Made by a program: the position numbers and the translations under genes. Under the pieces are notes generated by a model. It was not told where the DNA came from, searched no databases, and saw only the letters and a list, made by a program, of their open reading frames with translations. From Alistipes sp. (GTDB taxonomy: Bacteria; Bacteroidota; Bacteroidia; Bacteroidales; Rikenellaceae): a stretch of 64,000 nucleotides of DNA. The stretch's first letter is position 1. Each line of letters opens with the position of its first letter. The DNA is taken from the NCBI GenBank assembly GCA_045124955.1, contig JBGVMU010000003.1, forward strand, positions 85,247-149,246, given 5' to 3'. Of the stretch, positions 1-9,665 are shown one piece after another.

Positions 1-915
1 GTAGCGACCATCCACACTCTCGATATATACGATACGCTGTGTGCCGGTGTAGTCGATACGCTGTGTGGTGATTGGAACATTTGGAGCTGCATTTCCCGAC
101 TGCGAGTCGCTGATGATGTAACCCTCGATACAGATATCCTCGGTGATATCACGCTCGCCCTTTTGACGCATCTCGGCAAACGAAACGATGTCGTCTGCAA
201 TGCTTATCTCCTTATCTTGTGTCACCAAGATGTCGGTCATAATGGTCTCGTTCCAATCGTCGGTATAGGAGAAGCGGATTGTCGCCTTACGCATACTCTT
301 GGCATTCGGGTTTGGCTCGACATCGAATTTAAGGGTGTTATTCACGCAAGTAATGTTCGAAATCCAATCCACCTTGTCGAAGATATCCTTGTCGAAGATA
401 TCAATCTGCAACTCATCGAACTCGATGCTACTTTTGAGCAGTGTAGAGAGCTGACCACCCTGGTAGCCGGCAAGCATTGCACGCTTCGACACTTCGAGGG
501 TGCTCGATTTGCGGCCCTTCTGCTTGATGAATACGGTGTCAATACGGTTCTCGGCTTCGAGTGTGATGAGTGCCATACGGCGCACACCATCGTTGCGATC
601 CACCATAGTGAAGATTGTGCCGTCGCCATTTAACGATAGGCCGGAGTAGGAGGCATCGGCCTTACTCTCGCCAATGCGTACCCAATCTGCACCCTTGGCA
701 ACCTTCGCAGTATAGGGTTGCGAGGCATATACTCCAAACTCCTTGATACCGCCCGTATACTCAACCGAGATGGTGTTGGTGTTGTTGGTATCACCCTCGA
801 TGTAGGCACCCAACTCGGGCGAAGGAACATAGTCCGCCTCATCTATCTGGCACGACACGAATAGAAGTGTCGTAGCCGAGAGTAATATAGTGAGAAATCC
901 TTTAATCTTGTTCAT
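1..915 (-). CDS. BACON + DUF5689-like surface lipoprotein, 3'-truncated by the window edge (absent from the ORF track)
   Basis: Hand translation from ATG at 915 is open to base 1: MNKIKGFLTILLSATTLLFVSCQID (lipobox Cys), two BACON-like segments (RRMALITLEAENRIDTVFIKQKG; MRKATIRFSYTDDW), then IEGYIISDSQSGNAAPN...IDYTGTQRIVYIESVDGRY, similar to the neighbouring gene. Confidence 0.85.
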   Translation of the reverse strand, partial: MNKIKGFLTILLSATTLLFVSCQIDEADYVPSPELGAYIEGDTNNTNTISVEYTGGIKEFGVYASQPYTAKVAKGADWVRIGESKADASYSGLSLNGDGTIFTMVDRNDGVRRMALITLEAENRIDTVFIKQKGRKSSTLEVSKRAMLAGYQGGQLSTLLKSSIEFDELQIDIFDKDIFDKVDWISNITCVNNTLKFDVEPNPNAKSMRKATIRFSYTDDWNETIMTDILVTQDKEISIADDIVSFAEMRQKGERDITEDICIEGYIISDSQSGNAAPNVPITTQRIDYTGTQRIVYIESVDGRY

Positions 916-930
916 AACAGATATTTTCGA

Positions 931-3090
931 TTACTTGTTATACTTGATTGTGATGGCTGCCAGATAGAGTGGCACAACCTTGCTTGCCGAGAAACTTCCA
1001 CCTTCCGGATGGGTTTTCGTAGCACAACGCAAGGTGTGAGGTACTATGCGGAGGTATGCCTTCTCGGCACCACAAATCTCTGCCGGCAGACGGAATGAGC
1101 GTTGCGCCAATCCGTGAGTACCGAACTTTATGCAGTCCGAAAGCCACCAAGCTGCAGGGTGGATGTCGAACTCCGAATTCTCGACTACGGTGTAGCTCTG
1201 GCCGTCGAGCGAATACTCGATGCGCCAATTAGCAGGGAAGTTCAGACCTGCTCCATTGGTAGACTGACCGCCTGCCCAATATGCGAGGTTGATAGATGCT
1301 CCTGCGCCAAGCGATGTGGCTGGGAACTCCACAACCAAGCCCTTGAAATCGCCTTTGTCGTCTACCCAAGAGGCATTGTAGCAACAAGCAGTCTTACGGG
1401 TCGTTACTTTTGCATCTGTTCCGGATATGAGCGTATTGAAGCAGGTGTTGATGGCAGGCACGGTGCCCAACTCGTGATAGAGCTTGCCTTCGCCATACTT
1501 TGGCACTACCTTATTCTCGGCATCGAGTGTTACCGCTTCGTCCAACCAATGCCACTCGACATAGGTCTTCGAGAAGTTGTCCTCCTCCGATGCGTTAAAC
1601 TGCAAGCAACTCTCGTCGTAAGGACGAATCACGAACTTGCCGAGCGAGCCACTGACATTGTTCTCCTCGCCGCTGTTATCGCCATACATAGGGGATGTCT
1701 CGTAGGTGAGGATACCCTTAACATTGCCCTTGCCGAGCGGTGCCTCTTGACCCTTGCGTACCCATTCGAGGGCCTGCTTGTGGGTGAACATCATATAGAT
1801 GGTGTTACCCTCGCTGTCACGAAGAAGTGTAGGATAGTAGTCGCAGTAGTAGCGATAACCATCGGTGGTGTTGTATAACGCACCCTTGTTGTAGACAAGC
1901 TCCACATCCTTGATTGTGACGATGCGGTAGTAGTCATCCGAGGTGAGCTCCGAGAGTTTGCGCTCACGAACAGGAACATCTCCCTCGGCGCCGGTTATGA
2001 GTGACACAACATTGCGAGAACGCACATTCGAGAGTTCGTAACGACCCTCGCCGAGCTTTGTGAGGGTGCAACCATCAATACGAATTTGGGCCGATGCATA
2101 CTGTGGAATGATGTTATCCTTACCTGTGAGCATCGAGACCTTCAATGAGTACTTCATATCGTGGCTGACGATGTATGTAGTGCCGTCGTTGATGTTTGTG
2201 TCGGTGGCAGAGAAGCTCGAACCCGACCAAGCGCTCTGTTTGTTCATCGCTGCGTTGGTGTTCTCGGGGAAAGAGAGGTTGATGCCACTAATCTTGATGC
2301 CGTTTATCTCCTCCTCGTTGGCGGCAATAGTCCAGCTATTTGTACCACTCTCGGTTGTGGCGGTGGTAAAGCGCTCGAAGAGCTCCTCCCAAGTAATCTC
2401 AACCGATGATGTTGTACCCTGAGTGATGTTCACATACGAAGGACCATATACAGCCTTCGTATAAGGGTCTGTGAAGGTTATACCCAAGCGTGCCGAACGC
2501 TCTGCCTCGGTATCGTTGAGTGCAACATCGAGAGCTAACTGCTCGCCCTGCATTCTAATGTTGCTAATCCAATTTTTGCTCTCGCCGAGATACTCCACCT
2601 CGTCGAGTATGATGTGCTTGTAGAGGTCGTTCGAGATGTTCGAGTCGAGAGCCAAGTAGTAGGTAGTTGCACTATTCTCGATGATCATCTCTCCATCCTC
2701 GGCACGGAAGCGGAATATGATATCCTTACCATCCTGAACAACCATTATGCGCTTGGTTGCGTTGCCACTATGCACAAGGATGTAGGCACGACGAATGGCA
2801 TCGTTGTTGGCCTTGTAGGTGAAGAGCATTCGTCCCGAACCGTTGCCCTGGGCATTGGTCAGGGTTGCCCAGTCGTAGTCGTCTTCGAGCTCTGCTGTCC
2901 AAGCCGAGTCGGAATAGACCGAAATGGGTGTTGAGCCCTCTTCGACTTTGAGCTTAATGCAGTTGGTCTCCGAGTCGTCGTTGTTTACACCGAAGCCCTC
3001 CCACTCGAAGTCCTTGTTGCACGACGGCACAAGCATTGCCAAAGCAACGACTGCCAAAATATATTTAATCATCTGTTTCATAACTTTCAT
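931..3090 (-). CDS. BACON + DUF5689-like surface lipoprotein (719 aa)
   Basis: Lipobox MLVPSC, BACON-like repeats (WTAELEDDYDWATL...RRAYILV), OB-like middle region (YRIVTIKDVEL, LLRDSEGN); directly downstream of susD. Confidence 0.75.
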   Translation of the reverse strand: MKVMKQMIKYILAVVALAMLVPSCNKDFEWEGFGVNNDDSETNCIKLKVEEGSTPISVYSDSAWTAELEDDYDWATLTNAQGNGSGRMLFTYKANNDAIRRAYILVHSGNATKRIMVVQDGKDIIFRFRAEDGEMIIENSATTYYLALDSNISNDLYKHIILDEVEYLGESKNWISNIRMQGEQLALDVALNDTEAERSARLGITFTDPYTKAVYGPSYVNITQGTTSSVEITWEELFERFTTATTESGTNSWTIAANEEEINGIKISGINLSFPENTNAAMNKQSAWSGSSFSATDTNINDGTTYIVSHDMKYSLKVSMLTGKDNIIPQYASAQIRIDGCTLTKLGEGRYELSNVRSRNVVSLITGAEGDVPVRERKLSELTSDDYYRIVTIKDVELVYNKGALYNTTDGYRYYCDYYPTLLRDSEGNTIYMMFTHKQALEWVRKGQEAPLGKGNVKGILTYETSPMYGDNSGEENNVSGSLGKFVIRPYDESCLQFNASEEDNFSKTYVEWHWLDEAVTLDAENKVVPKYGEGKLYHELGTVPAINTCFNTLISGTDAKVTTRKTACCYNASWVDDKGDFKGLVVEFPATSLGAGASINLAYWAGGQSTNGAGLNFPANWRIEYSLDGQSYTVVENSEFDIHPAAWWLSDCIKFGTHGLAQRSFRLPAEICGAEKAYLRIVPHTLRCATKTHPEGGSFSASKVVPLYLAAITIKYNK

Positions 3091-3102
3091 CTCAATTTTG
3101 CA

Positions 3103-4809
3103 TTACATACCGTACTTCTTGTACTCGTCGTTGGTGAGAACGCCACCCGAGAGGGCTACCTCCTTATCAGGAATAGGGTAGTACTCGTGACAAGGCAACA
3201 TATTGTTCTTCATTGTGCCATAATCCGAACAGTTCGATACCTGCTCGAACCATATGCCCCAACGAACCAACTCGAATTTACGCTGGAACTCACCTACAAG
3301 CTCTCGTCCGTGCTCCTTCTGAATCTCGTTCATCAGAGCAAGCTTGCTCTTGAAGTTCGCCTGGTTCAGGTCGCCCAAGCCGGCACGACGGCGCACCTTG
3401 TTCAGGTACTCGACAGCCTTGGTACGGTCGCCCAATTCGAGGTGGCACTCTGCTGCCATAATCAATGCTCCTGCATAGCGGAACACCTTCAAGTTATTTC
3501 CGTCGGCAGTAGATTGAATGTTCGGACACCAGAACTTATCTCCCATCCAAGGGCGAGATTGAGGGGTAAATTTAGTACCTCGTGGATTACCTCCCGATGC
3601 ATTCCAAAAGAATTGCCACTCCTTCTCTCCCTCATCGTTGTAGGTTTCGTATCCCCACGCCATATTTATCTTGGAGCGGTGGTCGAATACTCCGTTGATA
3701 AAGTCGGGATCATCAGCCGAGAGTTTGTCATACTCGGTGTATGGCTGCAACTGCTGGTAGAAGTATTGGTTAGGGCGGTACGCCGTATAGGTACGGGCGT
3801 TGTCGCCAATCAAATCGATTTTCAAACCGCTATACCAAATCTCAGGCTCTTTGCCTACAGGTACTTGGTCTTCGGGTTGCACGGCTCTGGTCGGCATAAA
3901 GAAGCAGGCAATCTGGCTGGTAACCTTCAAACCATCCTCGTCGTAGATGTTTGCCACCTCGAAGATAGACTCCTTGGTGTATTTGTTGCGGAAGCAGATG
4001 TCCGAGATAGGGTATTGCTTCAAGTCGCCATAGATAGCTTCGAGGTGCTCGATAGCCGTAAGAGCCTTCTTAAACCACATCTCACTATTTGGCGTATCCT
4101 TCGAGCCATTCCACATAGCCAACTTTGCGCAAACCATCCAGCCGAATGCTGCACCCATACGGTAGTCACGCTTCTCGGGGTTGTCGTAGGTGCGCTCCTG
4201 TACTACACCATCCTTAACGAGGAGGTCGAGCAACTCATCCACGATGTAGCCACGAGTCTCGATGGCCGACATACGAGGGAGTTTTGCAACTCGATCCTGA
4301 TCCTCTACGGTTTCGACAGGGTAGGTGTAGAACGGAACATCGCCGAATATGGAGGTGAGCAGATAGTAGTACATACCACGCAATGCCGCCGCCTCGGCCA
4401 TCAACTCGTTGTACTCGGTAGTCGATAGGTTGCCGTCGTTGTAGGCACGCTTCAATGCGGCGATGATGTTGTTGCAACGCATCACGCCACGATAGCCTTG
4501 GGTCCAACCTGTGCTACCATAACGAGGGTTGGCAGGCGAGATGTCGAGCTGCGCATCGAGTGTTCCCGACTGACAATAGAGAAGATCCGAAACCGACTCG
4601 GTGGCCAAGAGGAATGGGCCGTTATACATCGAGCGGAATGGAGGGTAGCAACCACGAAGACCCGTAACGCACTGCGAATAGTTCTTGTAGTAGGTTGCTG
4701 TCTGATAGTTCGACTGCATATTCTCCTCCAAAGAGCAGGCGGAGAGGAACATTGCCGATACGATGGCAATGATAGCAGAAGCGAATGTATATAGTTTTCT
4801 GTTTTTCAT
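3103..4809 (-). CDS. susD: RagB/SusD family outer-membrane lipoprotein
   Basis: Lipobox FLSAC; EAAALRGMYYYLLTSIFGDVPF, FRYAGALIMAAEC, EHGRELVGEFQRKFELVRWG motifs; follows susC. Confidence 0.95.
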   Translation of the reverse strand: MKNRKLYTFASAIIAIVSAMFLSACSLEENMQSNYQTATYYKNYSQCVTGLRGCYPPFRSMYNGPFLLATESVSDLLYCQSGTLDAQLDISPANPRYGSTGWTQGYRGVMRCNNIIAALKRAYNDGNLSTTEYNELMAEAAALRGMYYYLLTSIFGDVPFYTYPVETVEDQDRVAKLPRMSAIETRGYIVDELLDLLVKDGVVQERTYDNPEKRDYRMGAAFGWMVCAKLAMWNGSKDTPNSEMWFKKALTAIEHLEAIYGDLKQYPISDICFRNKYTKESIFEVANIYDEDGLKVTSQIACFFMPTRAVQPEDQVPVGKEPEIWYSGLKIDLIGDNARTYTAYRPNQYFYQQLQPYTEYDKLSADDPDFINGVFDHRSKINMAWGYETYNDEGEKEWQFFWNASGGNPRGTKFTPQSRPWMGDKFWCPNIQSTADGNNLKVFRYAGALIMAAECHLELGDRTKAVEYLNKVRRRAGLGDLNQANFKSKLALMNEIQKEHGRELVGEFQRKFELVRWGIWFEQVSNCSDYGTMKNNMLPCHEYYPIPDKEVALSGGVLTNDEYKKYGM

Positions 4810-4830
4810 CTTATGTGCATCTTTTGAGGG

Positions 4831-7800
4831 TTAGTAACGAATTTGAACACTGAATATGATGGTGCGAGCCTTCGGATAAGCACCATTATCCATACGACGA
4901 ATGGTCGAGCCGCTGGAATTTGTCGATACATCAGGGTCGTAGCCGTTGTAGTTCTTCCACAAGAAGAGGTTCTCGCCACTTGCGCTGACGGTGATGTCAC
5001 GCAGGTGCTTGGTCTTCTTGCGAAGGTCGAAGGTGTAACCCAAGGAGATGTTCTTCAAACGGATGTACGAAGCATCGTAGACCATACTCGAACTTGGCAA
5101 TTCGTCACTGCGATATGCGCCAGGGATGTTCGACTCAGGATTTCGTACCGGATGCCAAGCATCGAGCATATAGCGATATTGGTTGGTGTAGGAGCTACCC
5201 TTCATCCACAACTCCGAGAGATTGTAGATCTTACCTCCGAGCGAGTAGTTGAAATAGACGCTCAAACGGAACTTTCCGATGTGGAAGGTGTTCTGCAAAC
5301 CTCCGTAGAGGATAGGGTCTGCCGAACCGAGATATACGAGGTCATCCTCGTTGAGTGCTCCGTCGTGGTTGGTATCCACATAGTAGGCATAACCAGGCTT
5401 GTAGCGGCTCGAACTACTCGATACGTAGGCCTTTGTCTCGGTGTTGCGGTTAATCTGATCCTGAGTGTGCCATACGCCAGCCTGCTGGAAGCCCCACAAT
5501 GCATTGAGTGGATAGCCATTGACATATCCGTACATCATATAGGAGTTGTTTGTAGGCGAAGAGTAGGCTGCGATATAGTCGCTCGAACCTGTGTCGAGTA
5601 CCAATTGCGAGTTGTGCGCAATGGTGAAGGTTGTATCCCAACTAAACTTCTTGCGTGTGATGTTGTGCGAGGTGATGCTGAACTCTACACCCTTATTCTC
5701 GGTTGCACCAATATTGGTGTAGCGAGAGTCGAAACCGGTGCTTGTAGGGAGCTTCACCGAGAGCAACAAGTCGGTAGTGAGGGAGTAGTAAGCCTCCAAC
5801 GAGAACTCCAATCGCTTATCCAATACCGAGAAGTCGATACCTGCGTTATACATAGTGGTCTTCTCCCAAGTCAAATCCTTGCTCTCCAAGCGAGAAGGAT
5901 AGACCGCCAACGGCTGGTTATAGCCGAAGAGGTAACCACTTGTGCTGCTCGACAACGCCTCCATCGAACGATAGTACGAGATAGCATCGTTACCCGAAAC
6001 ACCCGCACTGAGTCGCAACGAGAGGTCGTCTAACCAATTCACCTGCTTCATAAACGGCTCCTTCGAAATCATCCACTTGAATGCTCCCGACGGGAAGAAG
6101 GCGTATTTGTTGTTGGCGGCAAAGTTCGACGAGCCATCGACACGAGCCGTAAAGGTGAAGTAGTAGCGCTTCTTGTAGTTGTAGTTGAAACGGCCAAGCA
6201 CCGAATTACGGGTACGCTCGTTGAACGAAGATGCCGGCGAGAGGTTATTCTTATCGGGAATAGCCTCCATATTGTTCCACTTGATATCGTCGCTCAAATA
6301 GCCCGTACCCTTCAACGAGAAGTTGTGCTGTTGGAACTTCTCCACGGTGAAGCCAACCATCAAATCCAAGTTGTGCAGACGGCGGATAGTGCGCTTATAG
6401 CTCAGCGTATTTTCGTTGGTGAGTCGATACTCGTCGGTCTCGGCACGATAGGCCACAGCACCCTGGTTGATAGCCTCGTAGGTCGGACGAGTCGATGGGT
6501 AGAACTCGTAGGTGTGACGCTGGAACACATAGTAGTTGAAACGAGAACGGAATGTCAAGCCCTTTGCCAAGTTGATAGTGATATTTGGCGAGAGGGTAAA
6601 CATCTTTCGTGTAGTCTCGTTGGTAATGAGGTGTGCGTCCAAGTATGGCGAGTTGTATGGCTGACCACCATCGAAACCTGTACCCCAGAGGATATTCACG
6701 GTGTCGGTAGGCGACTGCATAGGGTTGAGGAAGATGGCTCCATTCCAATAGTTAACGCCACCCACAGCAACCTTGTTGTTGTCGTTCATACGGTACTCGT
6801 AGTTCATATTGATGCCCAAGCGCAACCACTTGAAGAGCTGATACTGCGCATTCAGACGACCTGTCAAACGCTCCATACCCGAGCAGATGATGATACCGTC
6901 ATTCTTGTGGTAGCCAAACGAGGTGAAGTAGTTGTACTTCTTCGATCCGCCCGAAACGCTCAAATTGTAGTTCTGGTACATACCCGTGCGAGTGATGACA
7001 TCCTGCCAATCGGTACCCTTGCCATAGGCATTAGGGTCGAGGTACTTGTAGTCACTCTCCGGCTTTGTGCCAGGGCCTCCCGAGTTGTTGAGGTGCACAT
7101 CGTTGCGGTATTGAGCAAACTCCGATGCGTTCATCACATCGAGCTTGCGAGGCAACTGCGAGAATCCGAGGTCGGTCTTGAAGGTGATACGAGGCTTCGA
7201 GCCCGAGTCGGAACCACCCTTTGTGGTCACGATGATTACACCATTAGCACCTCTTGCTCCGTAGATAGCGGTCGACGAGGCATCCTTCAATACCGAGATA
7301 GACTTGATATCCGAAGGGTTGAGGTCGCCCAAGTCCGATACACCGTCCATCACGCCATCCACCACGATGAGTGGCTCGTTCGAGGCGGTGATTGAGCGAG
7401 TACCACGAATACGAATTGAGGTCGAAGCGCCAGGCTCACCTGTTGTCGACATAATATCGGCACCTGCAACACGACCCTGCAACGCCTGGTCGATTGACGA
7501 AACGGGAGCGTCGGCAATCTCCGACATCTTAACCGTAGAAACCGAGCCTGTCAAGTCGCTCTTCGCCACCGAGCCATAACCGATAACCACAACCTCATCC
7601 ACCTTGACATTGTCCTGCGCAAGGGCGATGTTGATGGTGGTGCGAGAGTTGATTTTAACCTTTTGCGAAGTGTAACCGAGGTACTGCACCTCCAACACTC
7701 CGTTTGCAGGCACTTGGAGGGTATATTTACCCTGCAAGTCTGAGGATGTTCCGATGGTTGTTCCCTCAACCGATACGGCAGCACCTACGAGTGCCTGCTT

Positions 7801-7944
7801 GTTCGAGGCGTCCGTAATCGTTCCGCTGACGGTAATCTTCTTATCCTGCGCCAATGCCGATGCCGGAAGGAGCAGTGTCGCCGCCATAAACATCAGGGCA
7901 ACGAAGCGTGCGGAGCCTGTGATATGTTTGAATATATGTTTCAT
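4831..7944 (-). CDS. susC: SusC/RagA TonB-dependent outer-membrane transporter
   Basis: CarboxypepD-like N-terminus, plug motifs IRIRGTRS and DIKSISVLKDASSTAIYGARGANGVIIVTTK, LTWEKT, YIRLKNISLGY, YPKART. Confidence 0.97.
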   Translation of the reverse strand: MKHIFKHITGSARFVALMFMAATLLLPASALAQDKKITVSGTITDASNKQALVGAAVSVEGTTIGTSSDLQGKYTLQVPANGVLEVQYLGYTSQKVKINSRTTINIALAQDNVKVDEVVVIGYGSVAKSDLTGSVSTVKMSEIADAPVSSIDQALQGRVAGADIMSTTGEPGASTSIRIRGTRSITASNEPLIVVDGVMDGVSDLGDLNPSDIKSISVLKDASSTAIYGARGANGVIIVTTKGGSDSGSKPRITFKTDLGFSQLPRKLDVMNASEFAQYRNDVHLNNSGGPGTKPESDYKYLDPNAYGKGTDWQDVITRTGMYQNYNLSVSGGSKKYNYFTSFGYHKNDGIIICSGMERLTGRLNAQYQLFKWLRLGINMNYEYRMNDNNKVAVGGVNYWNGAIFLNPMQSPTDTVNILWGTGFDGGQPYNSPYLDAHLITNETTRKMFTLSPNITINLAKGLTFRSRFNYYVFQRHTYEFYPSTRPTYEAINQGAVAYRAETDEYRLTNENTLSYKRTIRRLHNLDLMVGFTVEKFQQHNFSLKGTGYLSDDIKWNNMEAIPDKNNLSPASSFNERTRNSVLGRFNYNYKKRYYFTFTARVDGSSNFAANNKYAFFPSGAFKWMISKEPFMKQVNWLDDLSLRLSAGVSGNDAISYYRSMEALSSSTSGYLFGYNQPLAVYPSRLESKDLTWEKTTMYNAGIDFSVLDKRLEFSLEAYYSLTTDLLLSVKLPTSTGFDSRYTNIGATENKGVEFSITSHNITRKKFSWDTTFTIAHNSQLVLDTGSSDYIAAYSSPTNNSYMMYGYVNGYPLNALWGFQQAGVWHTQDQINRNTETKAYVSSSSSRYKPGYAYYVDTNHDGALNEDDLVYLGSADPILYGGLQNTFHIGKFRLSVYFNYSLGGKIYNLSELWMKGSSYTNQYRYMLDAWHPVRNPESNIPGAYRSDELPSSSMVYDASYIRLKNISLGYTFDLRKKTKHLRDITVSASGENLFLWKNYNGYDPDVSTNSSGSTIRRMDNGAYPKARTIIFSVQIRY

Positions 7945-7966
7945 AATCTCTTGCTATTTCGAAACC

Positions 7967-8950
7967 TTACTCATAGATGTTGAACTCGGCCAATACAGGG
8001 TAGTGATCCGAATACTTCCAAACACCCGAGCCATTGTTGATTGCCACACCATTTGGCGAGTACATAATCTTCTCCATATGGGCAAAGCCATAGAGGAAGT
8101 CGATGGATTTGAGAGACTTACGCATTGACTCTGTGCCGAAGATGTAGTCGATATACGACTTGGTGTAGTTGTTCATCTCTGCCCACAAATCGTAGTAGGA
8201 GTTCTTGCGCACCTCACGGTCAACATCGTCGCCCGAGCCATCGTTGAAGTCGCCCATCATCAACCAATTCTGCTCGGTGTAGTGAGCCTCCGAGTTGATG
8301 GTCTCGGCCATATAGAAATTCACCTCGTTCATACGAATGGTGTTTGCGTTGTTCACATTCGATGGTTGCAAGTGCAGATTTACCAAATTGACAACATAGC
8401 TATCCGAGAAGTGAACCTTGGCGTGAACAGCACCGTGCGAAACCTTCACCTGGCTGTTGCCACGCAAGCGTGAAACGAGCTCGATAGGGTACTTCGAGGT
8501 AATAACCACAGGGTAGTTGTCGAGGTATGGGCCCATAACCACATATTTGTGTCCCCAGCGCTCTGCCAACTCGACCCAGCCCGCAGGATTATCCCACTTC
8601 GCCTCTTTATCCTTCTGGTCGGCATAAGGGAGGTAGCGACCATAGTGTGAGAGGTTCTTGCCGTCGACATCCCAGTGGGTTGCCGCCTCCTGAATGCAGA
8701 ATACATCGGGATTAATCTCGTTGATGTAGGCTACGAAGTTGTTGTAGTTGTTGAATTGGTCACACCACATTCCATCCTGAATATTCCAACTGAGGAGTTT
8801 GAACGAGCCGTTGAATACTGCCGACTCGGACTCCACTGCAAGAGGTGTGTCGCCCGACACCTGCTTTGTTCCGCAGGATGCGAGCACAAGCGTAGCAACC
8901 ATCGCACAGATGATAGCTACTATGTTCTTAAATTTAGAATTCGTCATCAT
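7967..8950 (-). CDS. Endonuclease/exonuclease/phosphatase (EEP) family lipoprotein
   Basis: Start reassigned to ATG 8950 (MMTNSKFKNIVAIICAMVATLVLASC, lipobox), overlapping the upstream stop by 17 nt. Full motif set present: SWNIQDG, IQE, NLHL, GDFND, IDYIF, SDHYPV. Confidence 0.9.
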   Translation of the reverse strand: MMTNSKFKNIVAIICAMVATLVLASCGTKQVSGDTPLAVESESAVFNGSFKLLSWNIQDGMWCDQFNNYNNFVAYINEINPDVFCIQEAATHWDVDGKNLSHYGRYLPYADQKDKEAKWDNPAGWVELAERWGHKYVVMGPYLDNYPVVITSKYPIELVSRLRGNSQVKVSHGAVHAKVHFSDSYVVNLVNLHLQPSNVNNANTIRMNEVNFYMAETINSEAHYTEQNWLMMGDFNDGSGDDVDREVRKNSYYDLWAEMNNYTKSYIDYIFGTESMRKSLKSIDFLYGFAHMEKIMYSPNGVAINNGSGVWKYSDHYPVLAEFNIYE

Positions 8951-9653
8951 CTTCGCCAGGTTTAATAGGTTCAAACATCTCTGGAACGACCGGCTTTGCC
9001 ACCTGCAAAATCTCCGCCGTGGAGGTGAAGGTGTCGCCCCACGCATCGGTATAAGCGATTGTGGCGGTAGCCTTGCGGTCTGTATCCTCGCTCTCGTTCT
9101 TGCTGTGAGCAATCACGATTTCGGTTCCATTTGTACTGATTCGATGGCTTGTAATCCATTCGCAATCGCCCGTGATGGAGTACTCGATGTCGCCAGCCTC
9201 GTAGATCGAGAGGTTGGTGTTTATGGTCAAGACATTCTCCTCCGAGTTGTGGGTGAATACAAACTGCTTCTCACGGAACTCCAACTTCGGAGTGATACCG
9301 CTCTGGCGGAAGTAGATTGTCACCGAGGTGAATTGGTCGGCCGTGATGACGGTGAATACCGCCTGACGACGCAAGCCTCGACGCACACCATCGAACTTAT
9401 TCTCCTTGTACTTAACCGAGAATGCGCCGATGCCATCTCCGTGGTCAGGGCCTACGAATTCGCACCACTCCTTCGATGCCTCATCCATCGTTACGCTCCA
9501 CTTTCCCGTAGTAGTCACGCCGAACGAGTGAATACCCTCGTCGGCAGTAACAACGACAATCTGGTCGCTATTTTGTGTTATAATCTCCTCCTCTTGGCAG
9601 CCACACGCCACAATAAGCAGTGTGGCAAGGAGCAATTTCATCATCTTTTTCAT
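8934..9653 (-). CDS. BACON-domain lipoprotein (two domains)
   Basis: Lipobox IVACGC; KWSVTMDEASKEWC, RQAVFTV and WITS...DRKATATI BACON-like patterns; acidic C-terminus FEPIKPGEDDDEF. Confidence 0.8.
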   Translation of the reverse strand: MKKMMKLLLATLLIVACGCQEEEIITQNSDQIVVVTADEGIHSFGVTTTGKWSVTMDEASKEWCEFVGPDHGDGIGAFSVKYKENKFDGVRRGLRRQAVFTVITADQFTSVTIYFRQSGITPKLEFREKQFVFTHNSEENVLTINTNLSIYEAGDIEYSITGDCEWITSHRISTNGTEIVIAHSKNESEDTDRKATATIAYTDAWGDTFTSTAEILQVAKPVVPEMFEPIKPGEDDDEF

Positions 9654-9665
9654 ATTACGCTCCTC

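Noticed and set aside
372-401. Perfect 15-bp tandem duplication encoding DIFDK-DIFDK
   Set aside because: In-frame, two copies only, in a loop; ordinary micro-duplication.
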